NCBI GenBank assembly: GCA_964458305.1 | Contig: CAYWIH010000001.1 | Span: forward strand, 24,521 to 88,520 | DNA: 64,000 nt | Direction: 5' to 3' | Source: an uncultured bacterium | GTDB lineage: Bacteria; Cyanobacteriota; Cyanobacteriia; Cyanobacteriales; JASJDA01 | Shown: in pieces, positions 40,332 to 50,390 of the stretch | Numbering within the stretch: the stretch's first letter is position 1 | Layout of the letters: each line of letters begins with the position of its first letter | Translations under genes and position numbers: made by a program | Notes under the pieces: generated by a model | What the model was told of the DNA's origin: nothing | What the model saw: the letters and a program-made list of their open reading frames with translations, nothing else | Databases searched by the model: none

Positions 40332-41318
40332 CTATTTCCAAATTTGATAATAGTTCAAAATATTGCGATCGATCTCTTCTGGATCTGTTTCTAAAACAAA
40401 TTTCTGAAAATCCTCAAATCGATCTTTAAAACTTACGATAAATTCTCCTAATTCTTTTCCCGATAATGCCGGAATTAATTTTATGACTTTTTTGCCGCTA
40501 AATTTAGCTATTATTTGTTTTGTTGTTTCTTCTTCTATCTTTTCTCGTTTAATTTTCTCGATTAAATTAGCATTCGGAAAACTGCGATCGATCCAAGGAA
40601 TATATTCTGCTTTATTTTCGAGATAGTTGTATGTTTTAGTAAGATTATTTTTCTCGATGTATTGGATAAATTTTTGAATTGTCGGACGATGTTTGATTCT
40701 GTTATTTAAAGTAGTCGATCGCTGTAAATATGGTTCGACTGAAAAATAAGGAGATGCGATCGACCATTGATAAATTTCTTTTAAGTTATTAAAACCTTTT
40801 TGCCATTTGTCGTAATTTAGTTTTAAAAAATCACAAATTTCTTTAAAGTCAGTAGTTACAGTTATGTCTTTTTTATAATTACCCAATTCCCGACGATAAA
40901 CATAAGCTAATCCTTGTTCTCCGTATTTTAAATTAAAGCGACGACAAATTTTGCCGATTAAATTACCCAGATCGTTAAAAGATAGATAATTATAAGTACT
41001 TTGAAAAAATCGATCTGAAGTAGTGAAATAATCTACCTGAAAATTTTGATAAACCGTAGAAAATACTCTCCCATTCGATTTATATTTCTCGATGTTTAAA
41101 TCTTTTATTATTTCTTGGCGAATTTCTTCCCAATTATTTTCAAGTGCTTCTCTGTTAACAATAATATCCAAATCGCCAAAATCTGCTTTATTAGCATAAT
41201 ATCTAGGAATTCGATAAGCATTAGCTAATTTATTATCTAAATATTGTCTAATTTCTGTTTCGATTTTTATGTATTTTTCTTTTGTAATTCTGCCAAGTTT
41301 AAATAGATTTCCGCCCAT
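40332..41318 (-). CDS. Uncharacterised Pol-beta-superfamily (PolX-like) nucleotidyltransferase
   Basis: AGGAGG RBS; K.DFGDLDII and QVDYF give three acidic residues; LKYGEQGL resembles the PolX thumb. Confidence 0.75.
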   Translation of the reverse strand: MGGNLFKLGRITKEKYIKIETEIRQYLDNKLANAYRIPRYYANKADFGDLDIIVNREALENNWEEIRQEIIKDLNIEKYKSNGRVFSTVYQNFQVDYFTTSDRFFQSTYNYLSFNDLGNLIGKICRRFNLKYGEQGLAYVYRRELGNYKKDITVTTDFKEICDFLKLNYDKWQKGFNNLKEIYQWSIASPYFSVEPYLQRSTTLNNRIKHRPTIQKFIQYIEKNNLTKTYNYLENKAEYIPWIDRSFPNANLIEKIKREKIEEETTKQIIAKFSGKKVIKLIPALSGKELGEFIVSFKDRFEDFQKFVLETDPEEIDRNILNYYQIWK

Positions 41319-41343
41319 TTTTTACCTCCTCGATCGCTCAATT

Positions 41344-42096
41344 TTAAATATTGTTCATTCGCAATTTAATTAATAAATCATTTAAAGCTGATTTTGCTGT
41401 TTCTTCTTCTGGTAATTTACTGTTTTCAAAAGCTGTTTCTAATTCGATCGTCAACCATTCGTATTCTTGCTGATAAAAGTTGATTTCAGTATTTTCTATT
41501 GTTGTTTTTTCTTGTTCTGCTAATTTTTTGGCAATTAAATCGTCAAGATAGGACAATTTAAATTCTTGGTTGAGTACGTTCAAATTTGCTTCTACTATTC
41601 CCTCATTCATTAAATAAATTCCAGTCAGCAAAACTCGATAGACATACAAAAGAGGTTTTATCTTTTTTGTTTCTGCTTTTGTAAATAATTTCCATTGAGA
41701 TTTAGCAAACCCTAAATAATGATAAGCATGATAACGAGTAATACAATTATTAGCTATCGATTTTAATTCTTCATGTTCTGGTGTTGTTTGTAAAATTAAC
41801 GGCGAATATAACTGTTCTAAAACATTACCATTTCTTCCCAGTAATAAATTAAAGAACTTTTTTAAATCTTGAGTAACTAAATCTATTTCGAGATTGTCTT
41901 GTATTTTATTAACTTCGATCGTCTCTTTAATTTCATTTAATCCGACAACTTCTTGAACGGGTAAAATATGAACTCCTCGCAGATCGAAATCCGAATCAGG
42001 AGATGGAAAACCATACAAATGCGCGCCGCTAATAGTAGTAAATAATAACGGATATGGTTGTTTAGTAATAAACTCTTTTAATGTGCTTTTTTTCAT
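41344..42096 (-). CDS. RlaP/YcgL-type nucleotidyltransferase
   Basis: SGAHLYGFPSPDSDFDLRGVH, NGNVLEQLYSP, KPLLYVYRVLLTG. Confidence 0.9.
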   Translation of the reverse strand: MKKSTLKEFITKQPYPLLFTTISGAHLYGFPSPDSDFDLRGVHILPVQEVVGLNEIKETIEVNKIQDNLEIDLVTQDLKKFFNLLLGRNGNVLEQLYSPLILQTTPEHEELKSIANNCITRYHAYHYLGFAKSQWKLFTKAETKKIKPLLYVYRVLLTGIYLMNEGIVEANLNVLNQEFKLSYLDDLIAKKLAEQEKTTIENTEINFYQQEYEWLTIELETAFENSKLPEEETAKSALNDLLIKLRMNNI

Positions 42097-42250
42097 GATT
42101 TTTTGCTATATTACAGTTAATTTATTTACTATTTATTTTGAATATCACTTACTAATATCTAAATTGCGATCGAATCGGTTGTATATTTTTACATTAGACG
42201 ATAATAGTTGTTTTTATTTTGTCGGAGAATATGCGATCGAAAGAGCAAAA

Positions 42251-42679
42251 ATGAAACTATCGAACCAAATTAGTTGGAAAATTTCTCATATCATTACAAA
42301 ACAGCCTCTCAATTTATATATCAAATCTATTTGGAGTCGAGAATTCAAGCCCATTATTGACGGCAACTCTAGTAATATTAAAAATTTTTATATTCCTCTA
42401 GAAGTTACTATCTCAGAAAAAGGAAAACAAGGAGGAAAGATATTTAATTTTGTTGTAGCTTCTCCATCTAAATCGGAAACTCAGAAAGTCGATCGCAAAA
42501 TTTTGATAATAGAATCTTTTGACTGGAATATCATTCAAACTTATCTCGATCTTTTGATAAAAAAACATTGTTCTAATTGCTGTTATTGGGATGAAGTAGT
42601 AGAAAAATTATCGATCTTTTTAAATCCAAGTCTGAGACAATTAAAAATGATTTATTCTATTCCTTATTTGCAGAACTAG
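42251..42679 (+). CDS. Imm8-like immunity protein, possibly degenerate
   Basis: F.IPLEVTISEKGKQGG.IFNFVVASP, LIIESFDW..I...L, WDEVVEKLS; start uncertain. Confidence 0.5.
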   Translation: MKLSNQISWKISHIITKQPLNLYIKSIWSREFKPIIDGNSSNIKNFYIPLEVTISEKGKQGGKIFNFVVASPSKSETQKVDRKILIIESFDWNIIQTYLDLLIKKHCSNCCYWDEVVEKLSIFLNPSLRQLKMIYSIPYLQN

Positions 42680-43013
42680 CTTGACAATAAAGCTTTTCTG
42701 GAGCTTCTTGAAAATACTTAAATAAAGCCGGACATAACCATCCTTCTAAATTATGTTCTTTCCAACGATACCAATAGCCGCGATACTGTTCTCTATCTCT
42801 AATAAATTCTGCTTGATAACCAGGAAAAAGATTACCAGAAAACAATAATTTAAAACCTTTTTCTGGATCGGGAATATCTTTAACTAAAATATCTATCATC
42901 TCCGGTACTCCACATACAAAAGGTTCTCTTTCTAAACCAACTCGATCGTCATCAAATACCCAAGTATCTTCATAACGATAAGGAAAAATTACCATCATTG
43001 CATTAGCCATCAT
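42657..43013 (-). CDS. DUF6717-like protein
   Basis: IFPYRYEDTWVFDD..GL.REPFV.G...MID; GWLCPALFKYF..AP. Confidence 0.75.
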   Translation of the reverse strand: MMANAMMVIFPYRYEDTWVFDDDRVGLEREPFVCGVPEMIDILVKDIPDPEKGFKLLFSGNLFPGYQAEFIRDREQYRGYWYRWKEHNLEGWLCPALFKYFQEAPEKLYCQASSANKE

Positions 43014-43139
43014 TTTGCTTCACTTTAAATCAAAAAAATCTTATTCTGGTTTTTGGCGATCGAACTAAATAGCATTCTTTTTCACAAGTCCCATAGGTAA
43101 TATAATAAGCATAAAGCTATCTCAAAAATATCCTTTTAT

Positions 43140-43481
43140 ATGTCCAAGCGTAAAGATGTAAAAAGCGATCGCGATCGAGTTGTCTATTCTGAATTTGGCA
43201 ATAATTCCAATTCCGCAGCTTTCGAACGTGCTATCCAAGAATTACCCCCTTCTCAACAAAAAATCCGCGTACAATCTTCTAAAAAAGGTCGAAAAGGTAA
43301 AACTGTTACGATTATTTCCGGTTTTCAATCCAAACCAGAAACCCTAAGTAAACTTTTAAAACAATTAAAAGGTTTGTGCGGAGCTGGCGGTACTGTTAAA
43401 GAAATGACCCTCGAAATTCAAGGCGACCATCGCGATAAAATTATCGAAAAATTAACTCAATTGGGTTACAATGCTCGCTAA
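43140..43481 (+). CDS. SUI1/YciH family translation initiation factor
   Basis: KGRKGKTVTIISG, LKGLCGAGGTVK, EIQGDH. Confidence 0.93.
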   Translation: MSKRKDVKSDRDRVVYSEFGNNSNSAAFERAIQELPPSQQKIRVQSSKKGRKGKTVTIISGFQSKPETLSKLLKQLKGLCGAGGTVKEMTLEIQGDHRDKIIEKLTQLGYNAR

Positions 43482-43593
43482 TTTAAAGCCTTTTAACTAT
43501 CCGTGAAAAAGTCAAAAAATCGTCCCTCGAAAGTTTAAATATAATACTCGTTCTAGTAATTTTAAAAGATTCGATCGCTCCTAAAATTAAAAA

Positions 43594-43626
43594 CCTCTGT
43601 ACCGACGTACCATGATACGTCTCTAC
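43594..43626. repeat. REP-like palindrome (same family as 31033-31106)
   Basis: cctctgtaccgacgtaccatgatacgtctctac between convergent genes. Confidence 0.8.
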
Positions 43627-43638
43627 GTTATCCTCTGT

Positions 43639-44562
43639 TTAAAATGTAACCATTTCTCGACGCGATCGAATTAAAAATTGATTAGCTTTTTCGTAATCGG
43701 GTCGATCGGGCAATTTAGTATTACTAAAAGCATCGTCAAAGTCTTTATGTAAATTCAATCGCCAAGCATTTACCTCCTCCCAAGCCATTTCGTCATTACG
43801 AATTGCGAGCAAGCGATCGCGATCTTTTTCTACTTTTACCGGAACGAATCCCTCTTTTAATACTATAATTCCCGACAATAAAAGACGAATTAAATGCATC
43901 GCGTGTTTTAACCTAATCTCCCCTTGATTTCGCAAATCTTGTTCCATTTTTTTGAACTGAGACATTACGTAACCGTTATAGGTTTGATAAACTAATTTAG
44001 ATAAAAACATCTCCCGTTTTGCTAATAATTCTTCAGCAACTCGATCGGCTTTTTCTACCATCGGCGTGTACAAACATTCTAGAACGTTCGGATTAGCTTT
44101 TAATGCCAAAATAACGAACTTTTGCAACTCCCAATAACACTCCTGTCTTTCGTTGTTCTCTAACTGCTCTGGAATGCCGTATAACGACCAATGAACCTCC
44201 GCAGGGGGTAAATATATTCCTCGGCGATCGATGTCCGAATTTTCGTTATTTAACCCGAAAGCAACCGAACCAACCACGCAGCGAAAAATTACATTTTCAT
44301 AGAGATTTAATTCAGCCATCATATCCTGTGAATTTTGTAAACCTTCTTTTTGAAAATGTTTGCGAATGCTAAATTCGTGACGACGTAAAGCAACCTCGGT
44401 ATTATTTGGTAAACGGACTCGATAAGAGTGAGAATTGTCTGTAGGTGCTTTGGTAACGACTCCTACCGCTCCCTCCAAACAGATTCTTTGACCTTGTTTA
44501 CCTTTAATTTCAATTCTACTGACGACTTGAGTGCCAACCGGAATAATTAAATTAGGATTCAC
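43639..44562 (-). CDS. RlaP-type nucleotidyltransferase with a small N-terminal beta domain
   Basis: VVGS.AFGL....SDIDRRGIY, ANPNVLECL, KHAMHLIRLL, LP.RPD. Confidence 0.9.
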   Translation of the reverse strand: MNPNLIIPVGTQVVSRIEIKGKQGQRICLEGAVGVVTKAPTDNSHSYRVRLPNNTEVALRRHEFSIRKHFQKEGLQNSQDMMAELNLYENVIFRCVVGSVAFGLNNENSDIDRRGIYLPPAEVHWSLYGIPEQLENNERQECYWELQKFVILALKANPNVLECLYTPMVEKADRVAEELLAKREMFLSKLVYQTYNGYVMSQFKKMEQDLRNQGEIRLKHAMHLIRLLLSGIIVLKEGFVPVKVEKDRDRLLAIRNDEMAWEEVNAWRLNLHKDFDDAFSNTKLPDRPDYEKANQFLIRSRREMVTF

Positions 44563-44640
44563 TATACTTGCAACTTATAATATTACACTACAAGTATAAT
44601 ACTTAGAAACAGCCACTGCATTAAATAAGTATGAAGTCAA

Positions 44641-45027
44641 ATGCAATTTTTACAGTTCTTGAATTTATTAGAATCAGGTTTTCAGATCGATCGCGCCGAG
44701 TTATGGCAATGGTTGGATATCATTGAAAAAGAAGTACCTCAAGAGTCTAATTGTTGCAAAGATTCCGATCCGCAACAAATGAGTTACGAAAAAAGAAGAG
44801 AATTAGTTTCATCTTCATGTACTTATCTAGGATTGAAAGAAATTGACAACGACTGGTTAGATGGAGTTGACGATCTTGCTGATATTTTGGGCGATCTTCA
44901 ACAGGTAAAATGGTGTTTGAATTACACGAGTTTAGATGATGCAAAATGGCATTATCGTTTTTATTACTACAATCATTTTCAAAAGCATATTATTTCAATT
45001 AGAAAGATATTAAAATGCTTTGAATAG
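44641..45027 (+). CDS. Hypothetical protein (DUF5063-like C-terminus)
   Basis: DDLADI..DL...W.....DDA.W..RF....H...H pattern. Confidence 0.55.
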   Translation: MQFLQFLNLLESGFQIDRAELWQWLDIIEKEVPQESNCCKDSDPQQMSYEKRRELVSSSCTYLGLKEIDNDWLDGVDDLADILGDLQQVKWCLNYTSLDDAKWHYRFYYYNHFQKHIISIRKILKCFE

Positions 45028-45127
45028 CTAAATTTATTTGTTAAAAGAGCCAAATTTTACGCCTAAATTTCTGTTAGATGACTTCTTATTGACATTGAGC
45101 GAAGCTACAAAATCTCTTTAAAAAATT

Positions 45128-45640
45128 TTATTCTGTTGTTAAATTGCGATCGCCTTTAATAATAATCGGCCAAGGAACAGTTATCAACATAATTATATTA
45201 GCTACCCAAAAAGCTAAAATTATCCATAACAAAGCCAGCCAAGGTTGATGATAATCTAGTAAATTTAAAGCTTCCCATAATTGCCAAATGCGAAAAGTTG
45301 TATAAATTGTCCCGACGATCGCTACGATACTCTTAAAAAACAAGCGATTTAAAAGTCTTTCGCTAATCAGTTGAAAGACGATTGCTAACAAATATAAACC
45401 CCAAATCTGGCGATAAATTGGATTGCTAAAGTCGATCGCCAATAAAATTAAAGGAAATATTATTCCGATAATTAAAGCAAATTTAACCCAAATTTTAATA
45501 AATTTAAATTGTGCTTGGCTGTAATCTATTGTTAGCGCGATCGGTAATGTTTCTTTTTTAATTAAAAATGCGATCGACAAGTTTAATAAACTAGCACAAA
45601 TTATAAATAAAAATATCGTCGTCCAAGTATTTGCTAACAT
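45128..45640 (-). CDS. Hypothetical membrane protein
   Basis: 170-aa ORF with about 5 TM segments. Confidence 0.7.
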   Translation of the reverse strand: MLANTWTTIFLFIICASLLNLSIAFLIKKETLPIALTIDYSQAQFKFIKIWVKFALIIGIIFPLILLAIDFSNPIYRQIWGLYLLAIVFQLISERLLNRLFFKSIVAIVGTIYTTFRIWQLWEALNLLDYHQPWLALLWIILAFWVANIIMLITVPWPIIIKGDRNLTTE

Positions 45641-45670
45641 AGTTTCGCTCTCAGTTTAATATTTAAATAA

Positions 45671-45970
45671 TATTACCAAAATAATCAATGGGATAGTCTA
45701 ACCCTAGAACAAAAACAGAAATTTGCCCCTATTTGTCCTGAATTTGTAATCGAATTAAGATCTCCTTCTGACAAGTTAAATACTGTTCGCGAAAAAATGT
45801 CCGAGTATATGGATAACGGATCTTTATTGAGTTGGCTTATCGATCCGATCGAGCAAAAAGTAGAGATTTATCGTCAGGGTAAAGATAAAGAAATATTAAG
45901 TAATCCCTCAAGTCGATCGGGGGAAAATATCTTACCGGGATTTAATTTAGATTTAAGTAAAATTTTGTAA
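45671..45970 (+). pseudogene. 5'-truncated Uma2 (DUF820) endonuclease fragment
   Basis: WDSLTLEQKQKFAPICPEFVIELRSPSD...KMSEYMDNG..L.WLIDP...VEIYR...SGENILPGF.LDL; preceded by in-frame TAA, no start. Confidence 0.85.
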
Positions 45971-46006
45971 TTAGCTAGCCCCAAAATATAGAGCTAGCCA
46001 AAAATA

Positions 46007-46957
46007 TTAACCCAAAGCGTTAGCACCAGCAACAACTTCCATAATTTCTTGGGTAATAGCTGCTTGTCTGGCTTTGTTATAAGAAAGAGTAAGCGTACCG
46101 ATTAAATCGGAAGCATTTTCGCTAGCATTAGTCATAGCAGTCATTCTAGCTGCCAACTCGCTAGCCGCAGATTCTTGTAAAGCGCGTAATAATTGGTTAT
46201 TGAGATATAAAGGTAAAAGAGCGTTAAGAATTTGCACCGGATCTTGCTCGAAGATCATATCTTGAGGAAATTCCATAGCTTTGGGAGCTTCAACCTTTTC
46301 CCTTTCTACCTGAATTTTACCCTCGCGAGTAGTAAGCCTAAAAATCTCGTCATCTTCAGCTTCCAAACCAAGGATCAGCATTGGCAAAATAGTTTGAGTG
46401 ACTGGTTTAGAGGCAATTAAAGAGATAAAGCGAGTATAAATTAACTCGACGCGATCGAACCGCTCGGAAAGGAATAAAGATAGTAATTCGTCGGCAATAT
46501 CGGCAGCTTCGGAAGCTGTAGGAATTTGACTGAGATCGGTGTAACTCGATACTATCGGTGCGTTTCTGCGCTTAAAATATTGATTTGATTTGCGGCCGAC
46601 TAAAACGAATTCATATTCGACACCTTCTGCTTCTAATTCTTTAGCTCGTTGTACCGCTCTTTTAATCACGTTAGTATTGTAGCTACCGCACAAACCGCGA
46701 TCGCCTGAAACTACTAACAAAGCTACTCTGTTTACTTCTCTTTGTCTTAGTAAAGGTAGATCTGCTTCTTCAAAACGCAGTCTATTTTTTAAACCGTAAA
46801 AAACTTGTCCCAAAGCATCGGCAAAAGGACGAGTAGCGTTAACTTGTTCTTGAGCGCGACGCACCCTAGCAGCAGCCACCAAGCGCATCGCTTCTGTCAT
46901 TTTTTTGGTGTTTTTGACCGACTTAATGCGATCGCGAATACCTTTGAGATTTGGCAT
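46007..46957 (-). CDS. atpG: F0F1 ATP synthase subunit gamma (atpC in cyanobacterial nomenclature)
   Basis: [35 protein letters not shown]. Confidence 0.98.
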   Translation of the reverse strand: MPNLKGIRDRIKSVKNTKKMTEAMRLVAAARVRRAQEQVNATRPFADALGQVFYGLKNRLRFEEADLPLLRQREVNRVALLVVSGDRGLCGSYNTNVIKRAVQRAKELEAEGVEYEFVLVGRKSNQYFKRRNAPIVSSYTDLSQIPTASEAADIADELLSLFLSERFDRVELIYTRFISLIASKPVTQTILPMLILGLEAEDDEIFRLTTREGKIQVEREKVEAPKAMEFPQDMIFEQDPVQILNALLPLYLNNQLLRALQESAASELAARMTAMTNASENASDLIGTLTLSYNKARQAAITQEIMEVVAGANALG

Positions 46958-47132
46958 TATTTTATTTTCTGTTAATTATTTGCTCTTTGTTGTTGGTGGG
47001 GCAGAGTAACTAGTTTTTCAACTCAGACATCGATCGATTTGAAAGCAAATAGATCGAATAAATACCAGCTCATTTTTAGTTAGTTACTAATTGTTGGTAT
47101 TTTTAGTTTGTCCTTCTGCCCTCTGCCTTTAT

Positions 47133-48644
47133 TTATGCCGAAAAAGCCTGTTTGTATTCAGCAATAGCTTCTTCGAGCAGTTTTACAGCTTCGTCGGTTA
47201 GCTTTTTCTCAGAAGTAATTATTTCGTTAAACTGAGATTTATTGTTCTCGATATACTCGCGCAAACCTTGAGTAAAGTCGATCACTTTTTCTAATTCAAT
47301 ATCATCTAACTTACCGTTGGTAGCCGCGTAAACGATCGCCACTTGTTCGGGAAGGGATAAAGGAGAATTTTGGGGCTGTTTCAAAATTTCCCGCAAGCGT
47401 TTACCCCGTGCTAATTGTTTTTGGGTTGCTTCGTCTAAGTCGGAGGCAAATTGGGAAAATGCTTCGATTTCGGCAAACTGAGCCAATTCTAACTTCAATT
47501 TACCCGCAACTTTTTTAATTGCTTTAGTTTGAGCTGCAGATCCTACCCGACTTACAGAAATACCTGCGTTGATCGCGGGACGGAAACCGGAGTTAAATAG
47601 ATCGCTTGAAAGGAAGATCTGACCGTCGGTAATCGAAATTACGTTAGTTGGAATGTAAGCAGATACGTCCCCTGCTTGAGTTTCGATAATTGGTAGTGCT
47701 GTCATACTACCCTCACCTAATTCGTCGTTTAATTTTGCTGCTCGCTCTAACAAACGAGAGTGACAGTAGAATACATCTCCAGGATATGCTTCCCTTCCCG
47801 GCGGACGACGCAATAATAAGGATAATTGACGGTAAGCTTGGGCTTGTTTGGAGAGATCGTCGTAAATTACTAAAGTATGCTTGCCTTTATACATAAAGTA
47901 TTCAGCGATACTAGCTCCGGTGTAGGGTGCTAAATATTGCAGGGTGGCCGGATCGTTAGCGTTTGCTGCGACGATAATACTGTAATCTAAAGCTCCTTTT
48001 TCTTCTAAAACACCGACTACTTGAGCGACGCTAGAGGCTTTTTGACCGATCGCTACGTAAATACAAATAACATCGCCGCCTTTTTGATTGAGAATGGTAT
48101 CGATCGCTACTGCAGTTTTTCCTGTTTGACGATCGCCGATGATTAATTCTCGCTGGCCCCTGCCGATCGGAATCATTGCGTCGATCGCGGTAATTCCGGT
48201 TTGCATCGGTTCGTAAACCGAACGTCGTTCGATAATACCTGGTGCTGGAGATTCGATCAAACGACTTTCGCTGGTTTGAATGTCGCCTTTTCCGTCGATC
48301 GCTTGGCCGAGAGCGTTTACTACTCTACCTAGCATGGCATCGCCAACTGGTACTTGAGCGATTTTTGCCGTTGCTTTTACCGTACTACCTTCTTGAATGT
48401 TAAAACCGTCGCCGATCAATACCGCACCGACGTTGTCTTCTTCGAGGTTGAGAGCCATTCCTACCGTGCCGTCTTCAAATTCTAACAGTTCTCCGGCCAT
48501 GGCTTGCTCTAAGCCGTAAATGCGCGCGATCCCGTCGCCTACTTTTAAGACAGTTCCGACGTTGGATACTTGTACTTCTTGGTCGTATGATTCGATTTGC
48601 TGGCGAATGATGCTGCTTATTTCGTCTGGTCTGATGCTAATCAT
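47133..48644 (-). CDS. atpA: ATP synthase subunit alpha
   Basis: [20 protein letters not shown]. Confidence 0.99.
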   Translation of the reverse strand: MISIRPDEISSIIRQQIESYDQEVQVSNVGTVLKVGDGIARIYGLEQAMAGELLEFEDGTVGMALNLEEDNVGAVLIGDGFNIQEGSTVKATAKIAQVPVGDAMLGRVVNALGQAIDGKGDIQTSESRLIESPAPGIIERRSVYEPMQTGITAIDAMIPIGRGQRELIIGDRQTGKTAVAIDTILNQKGGDVICIYVAIGQKASSVAQVVGVLEEKGALDYSIIVAANANDPATLQYLAPYTGASIAEYFMYKGKHTLVIYDDLSKQAQAYRQLSLLLRRPPGREAYPGDVFYCHSRLLERAAKLNDELGEGSMTALPIIETQAGDVSAYIPTNVISITDGQIFLSSDLFNSGFRPAINAGISVSRVGSAAQTKAIKKVAGKLKLELAQFAEIEAFSQFASDLDEATQKQLARGKRLREILKQPQNSPLSLPEQVAIVYAATNGKLDDIELEKVIDFTQGLREYIENNKSQFNEIITSEKKLTDEAVKLLEEAIAEYKQAFSA

Positions 48645-48724
48645 TGTTTTTATCGATCGTTTTTGGTTTACTTGAAATGGTTAGAAAAATCCGAAAATAT
48701 TTATTTTTTAGCTGCTTGCCATAT

Positions 48725-49288
48725 CTATGACATTTCAGCACCGAGACTCAAGCCGATGCGTCTTAGTTGTCCCCTCAAAGAGCTATCGAACACTTGAGAA
48801 CCTACTTTGATTATTACGCCGCCGATTAGATCTGCTTCTACTTTTGTTTCTAGTTCTACCCCAGCAGCTCCAGTCAAAGTTTTGACTTTTTCAATTATTG
48901 CTTGACGCTGTCCTTCGTTTAGTTCGCTTGCCGCGCTTATTTCTGCTAGAACTATATTGTTTATTTCTCTGAGAATTTCTAGATATTGCCTGCCAATTTC
49001 TTCGATAAATACTATCCTTCTTTTATCTACTAAAAGCATCAAAAAATTTACTAACAATTTGTTAGTTTCTTCTCCAGTAATTCGCCTCAATACTGCTTTT
49101 TTATCTTCTGCCTTAATTACTGGATTCTCTAGAAATTCTTTAAGTTCTTGTGAATTATTTATGAATTCCAATATTGCGCGGATATCTTCGCCAATTTTTT
49201 CTGTTTGGTTGCTATCTCTAGCCGCAGCCATTAACCCTTGGGCGTATGGCTCGACTACATCTGAAGCTAACGATCCGGTTTTTTTCAC
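48725..49288 (-). CDS. atpH: ATP synthase subunit delta
   Basis: EPYAQ.L, LIGGVIIKVGSQV.D.SLRGQL; operon position. Confidence 0.96.
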   Translation of the reverse strand: MKKTGSLASDVVEPYAQGLMAAARDSNQTEKIGEDIRAILEFINNSQELKEFLENPVIKAEDKKAVLRRITGEETNKLLVNFLMLLVDKRRIVFIEEIGRQYLEILREINNIVLAEISAASELNEGQRQAIIEKVKTLTGAAGVELETKVEADLIGGVIIKVGSQVFDSSLRGQLRRIGLSLGAEMS

Positions 49289-49824
49289 GATCCTCCTCCT
49301 ATTTGAGCGATGCTGCGATCGATCAATCGATCTTGAGCCGATCCGTCTAGTGTATTTTTCATTTGCGACTCGCTGCGCTCTACGGCTAAAGTAGCTATGC
49401 GGCGTTTTAATGCGGCGATCGCCCGATCTCGTTCGGTGTTAAGATCTTTTTGTGCTGATTCTCTCAAGCGTTCGATATCTGCTTCTGTTTTAGCTCGGAT
49501 CGCTTCTCTGGCTGCTGCTGCTTTTTCTTCTGCTTCTTTGATTATTTGTTTGGCTGTCTCTTCTGCTTCGGCTAAATTTTGCTTGGCTCGAGCTAATTCT
49601 GCTTCTGCTTTATTAAGACTTACTTCTGCTCGAGCTATCTCTTCAGCTATTCTTGCTTGCCGATCGGCTAGGATTTTTCCTAAGAGTTTTTTGCCGTAAA
49701 ATACTAAAATTCCGATTAAAATTGCTAAATTGATCAGGTTTGTGTCTAAAATATCGAAATTTAGACCAAACTCGCTCGATTCTGCGGCAAATAACCACCA
49801 ATTTCCCATCATTCCCATTGACAA
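49285..49824 (-). CDS. atpF: ATP synthase subunit b
   Basis: FGLNFDIL.TNLINL, TM then coiled coil. Confidence 0.95.
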   Translation of the reverse strand: MSMGMMGNWWLFAAESSEFGLNFDILDTNLINLAILIGILVFYGKKLLGKILADRQARIAEEIARAEVSLNKAEAELARAKQNLAEAEETAKQIIKEAEEKAAAAREAIRAKTEADIERLRESAQKDLNTERDRAIAALKRRIATLAVERSESQMKNTLDGSAQDRLIDRSIAQIGGGS

Positions 49825-49904
49825 TTTTCCTAAGACTGTTTATTTTTTGCTTTTAGTTGTTGGCAACTAAACTTTAAATTAGAAAAACAAACAGCAAAAC
49901 GAGT

Positions 49905-50336
49905 TTATTTTACTAACTCCGGCCCTAAAAGTTTTTCTAGTATTTGACGCGATAGCGCATCTACTTGTTGCTCTAGGGTTGCAAGTGCTTGTTGTTTTTC
50001 GTTTTCTATTTCCTGCGCTGCTGCTTCTCTTTTAGCGATCGCTTCTTTTTGCGCTGCGGCTATTTTCTCTTCGGCGATTTTTTTCGCTTCTGCTTGTGCG
50101 TCTGCGATTATTTGTTGCGATTTTTTCCGCGCTGCTGCTAACTCTTTTTCGTATTGTTGAGCTAGTTCTTTGGCTTTAGCTAAACGCTCTTTGGCATCGG
50201 CTAAATTTTTGCGAATGTATTCAGCCCGCAGATCTATTGCTTGGCCTAGTGGCTTATAAAATATTTGATTCAGCAGAATCATTAATATTAAAAACTGCAC
50301 CGCCATTAACGGTAAAGTAGCATCAAAATCAAACAT
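49905..50336 (-). CDS. ATP synthase subunit b'
   Basis: [15 protein letters not shown]. Confidence 0.95.
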   Translation of the reverse strand: MFDFDATLPLMAVQFLILMILLNQIFYKPLGQAIDLRAEYIRKNLADAKERLAKAKELAQQYEKELAAARKKSQQIIADAQAEAKKIAEEKIAAAQKEAIAKREAAAQEIENEKQQALATLEQQVDALSRQILEKLLGPELVK

Positions 50337-50368
50337 TTTTTACTTTGGCTTGCTCTTTATGATTGTTA

Positions 50369-50390
50369 GAGACGCGATCGGATCGCGTCT
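50369..50390. repeat. HIP1-type REP-like palindrome inside the atp operon
   Basis: AGACGCGATC-G-GATCGCGTCT. Confidence 0.55.

Noticed and set aside
46370..46385. ATP synthase gamma reads PMLILGL where PLDPQGL-like is common (possible compensated frameshift)
   Set aside because: Frame and length are intact and the loop is variable; cannot be distinguished from ordinary divergence without an alignment.
48957..49699. Antisense ORFs over atp genes (and similar ones over cphA, glgC, apcE, ftsW)
   Set aside because: Shadows of well-supported genes on the other strand or in another frame.
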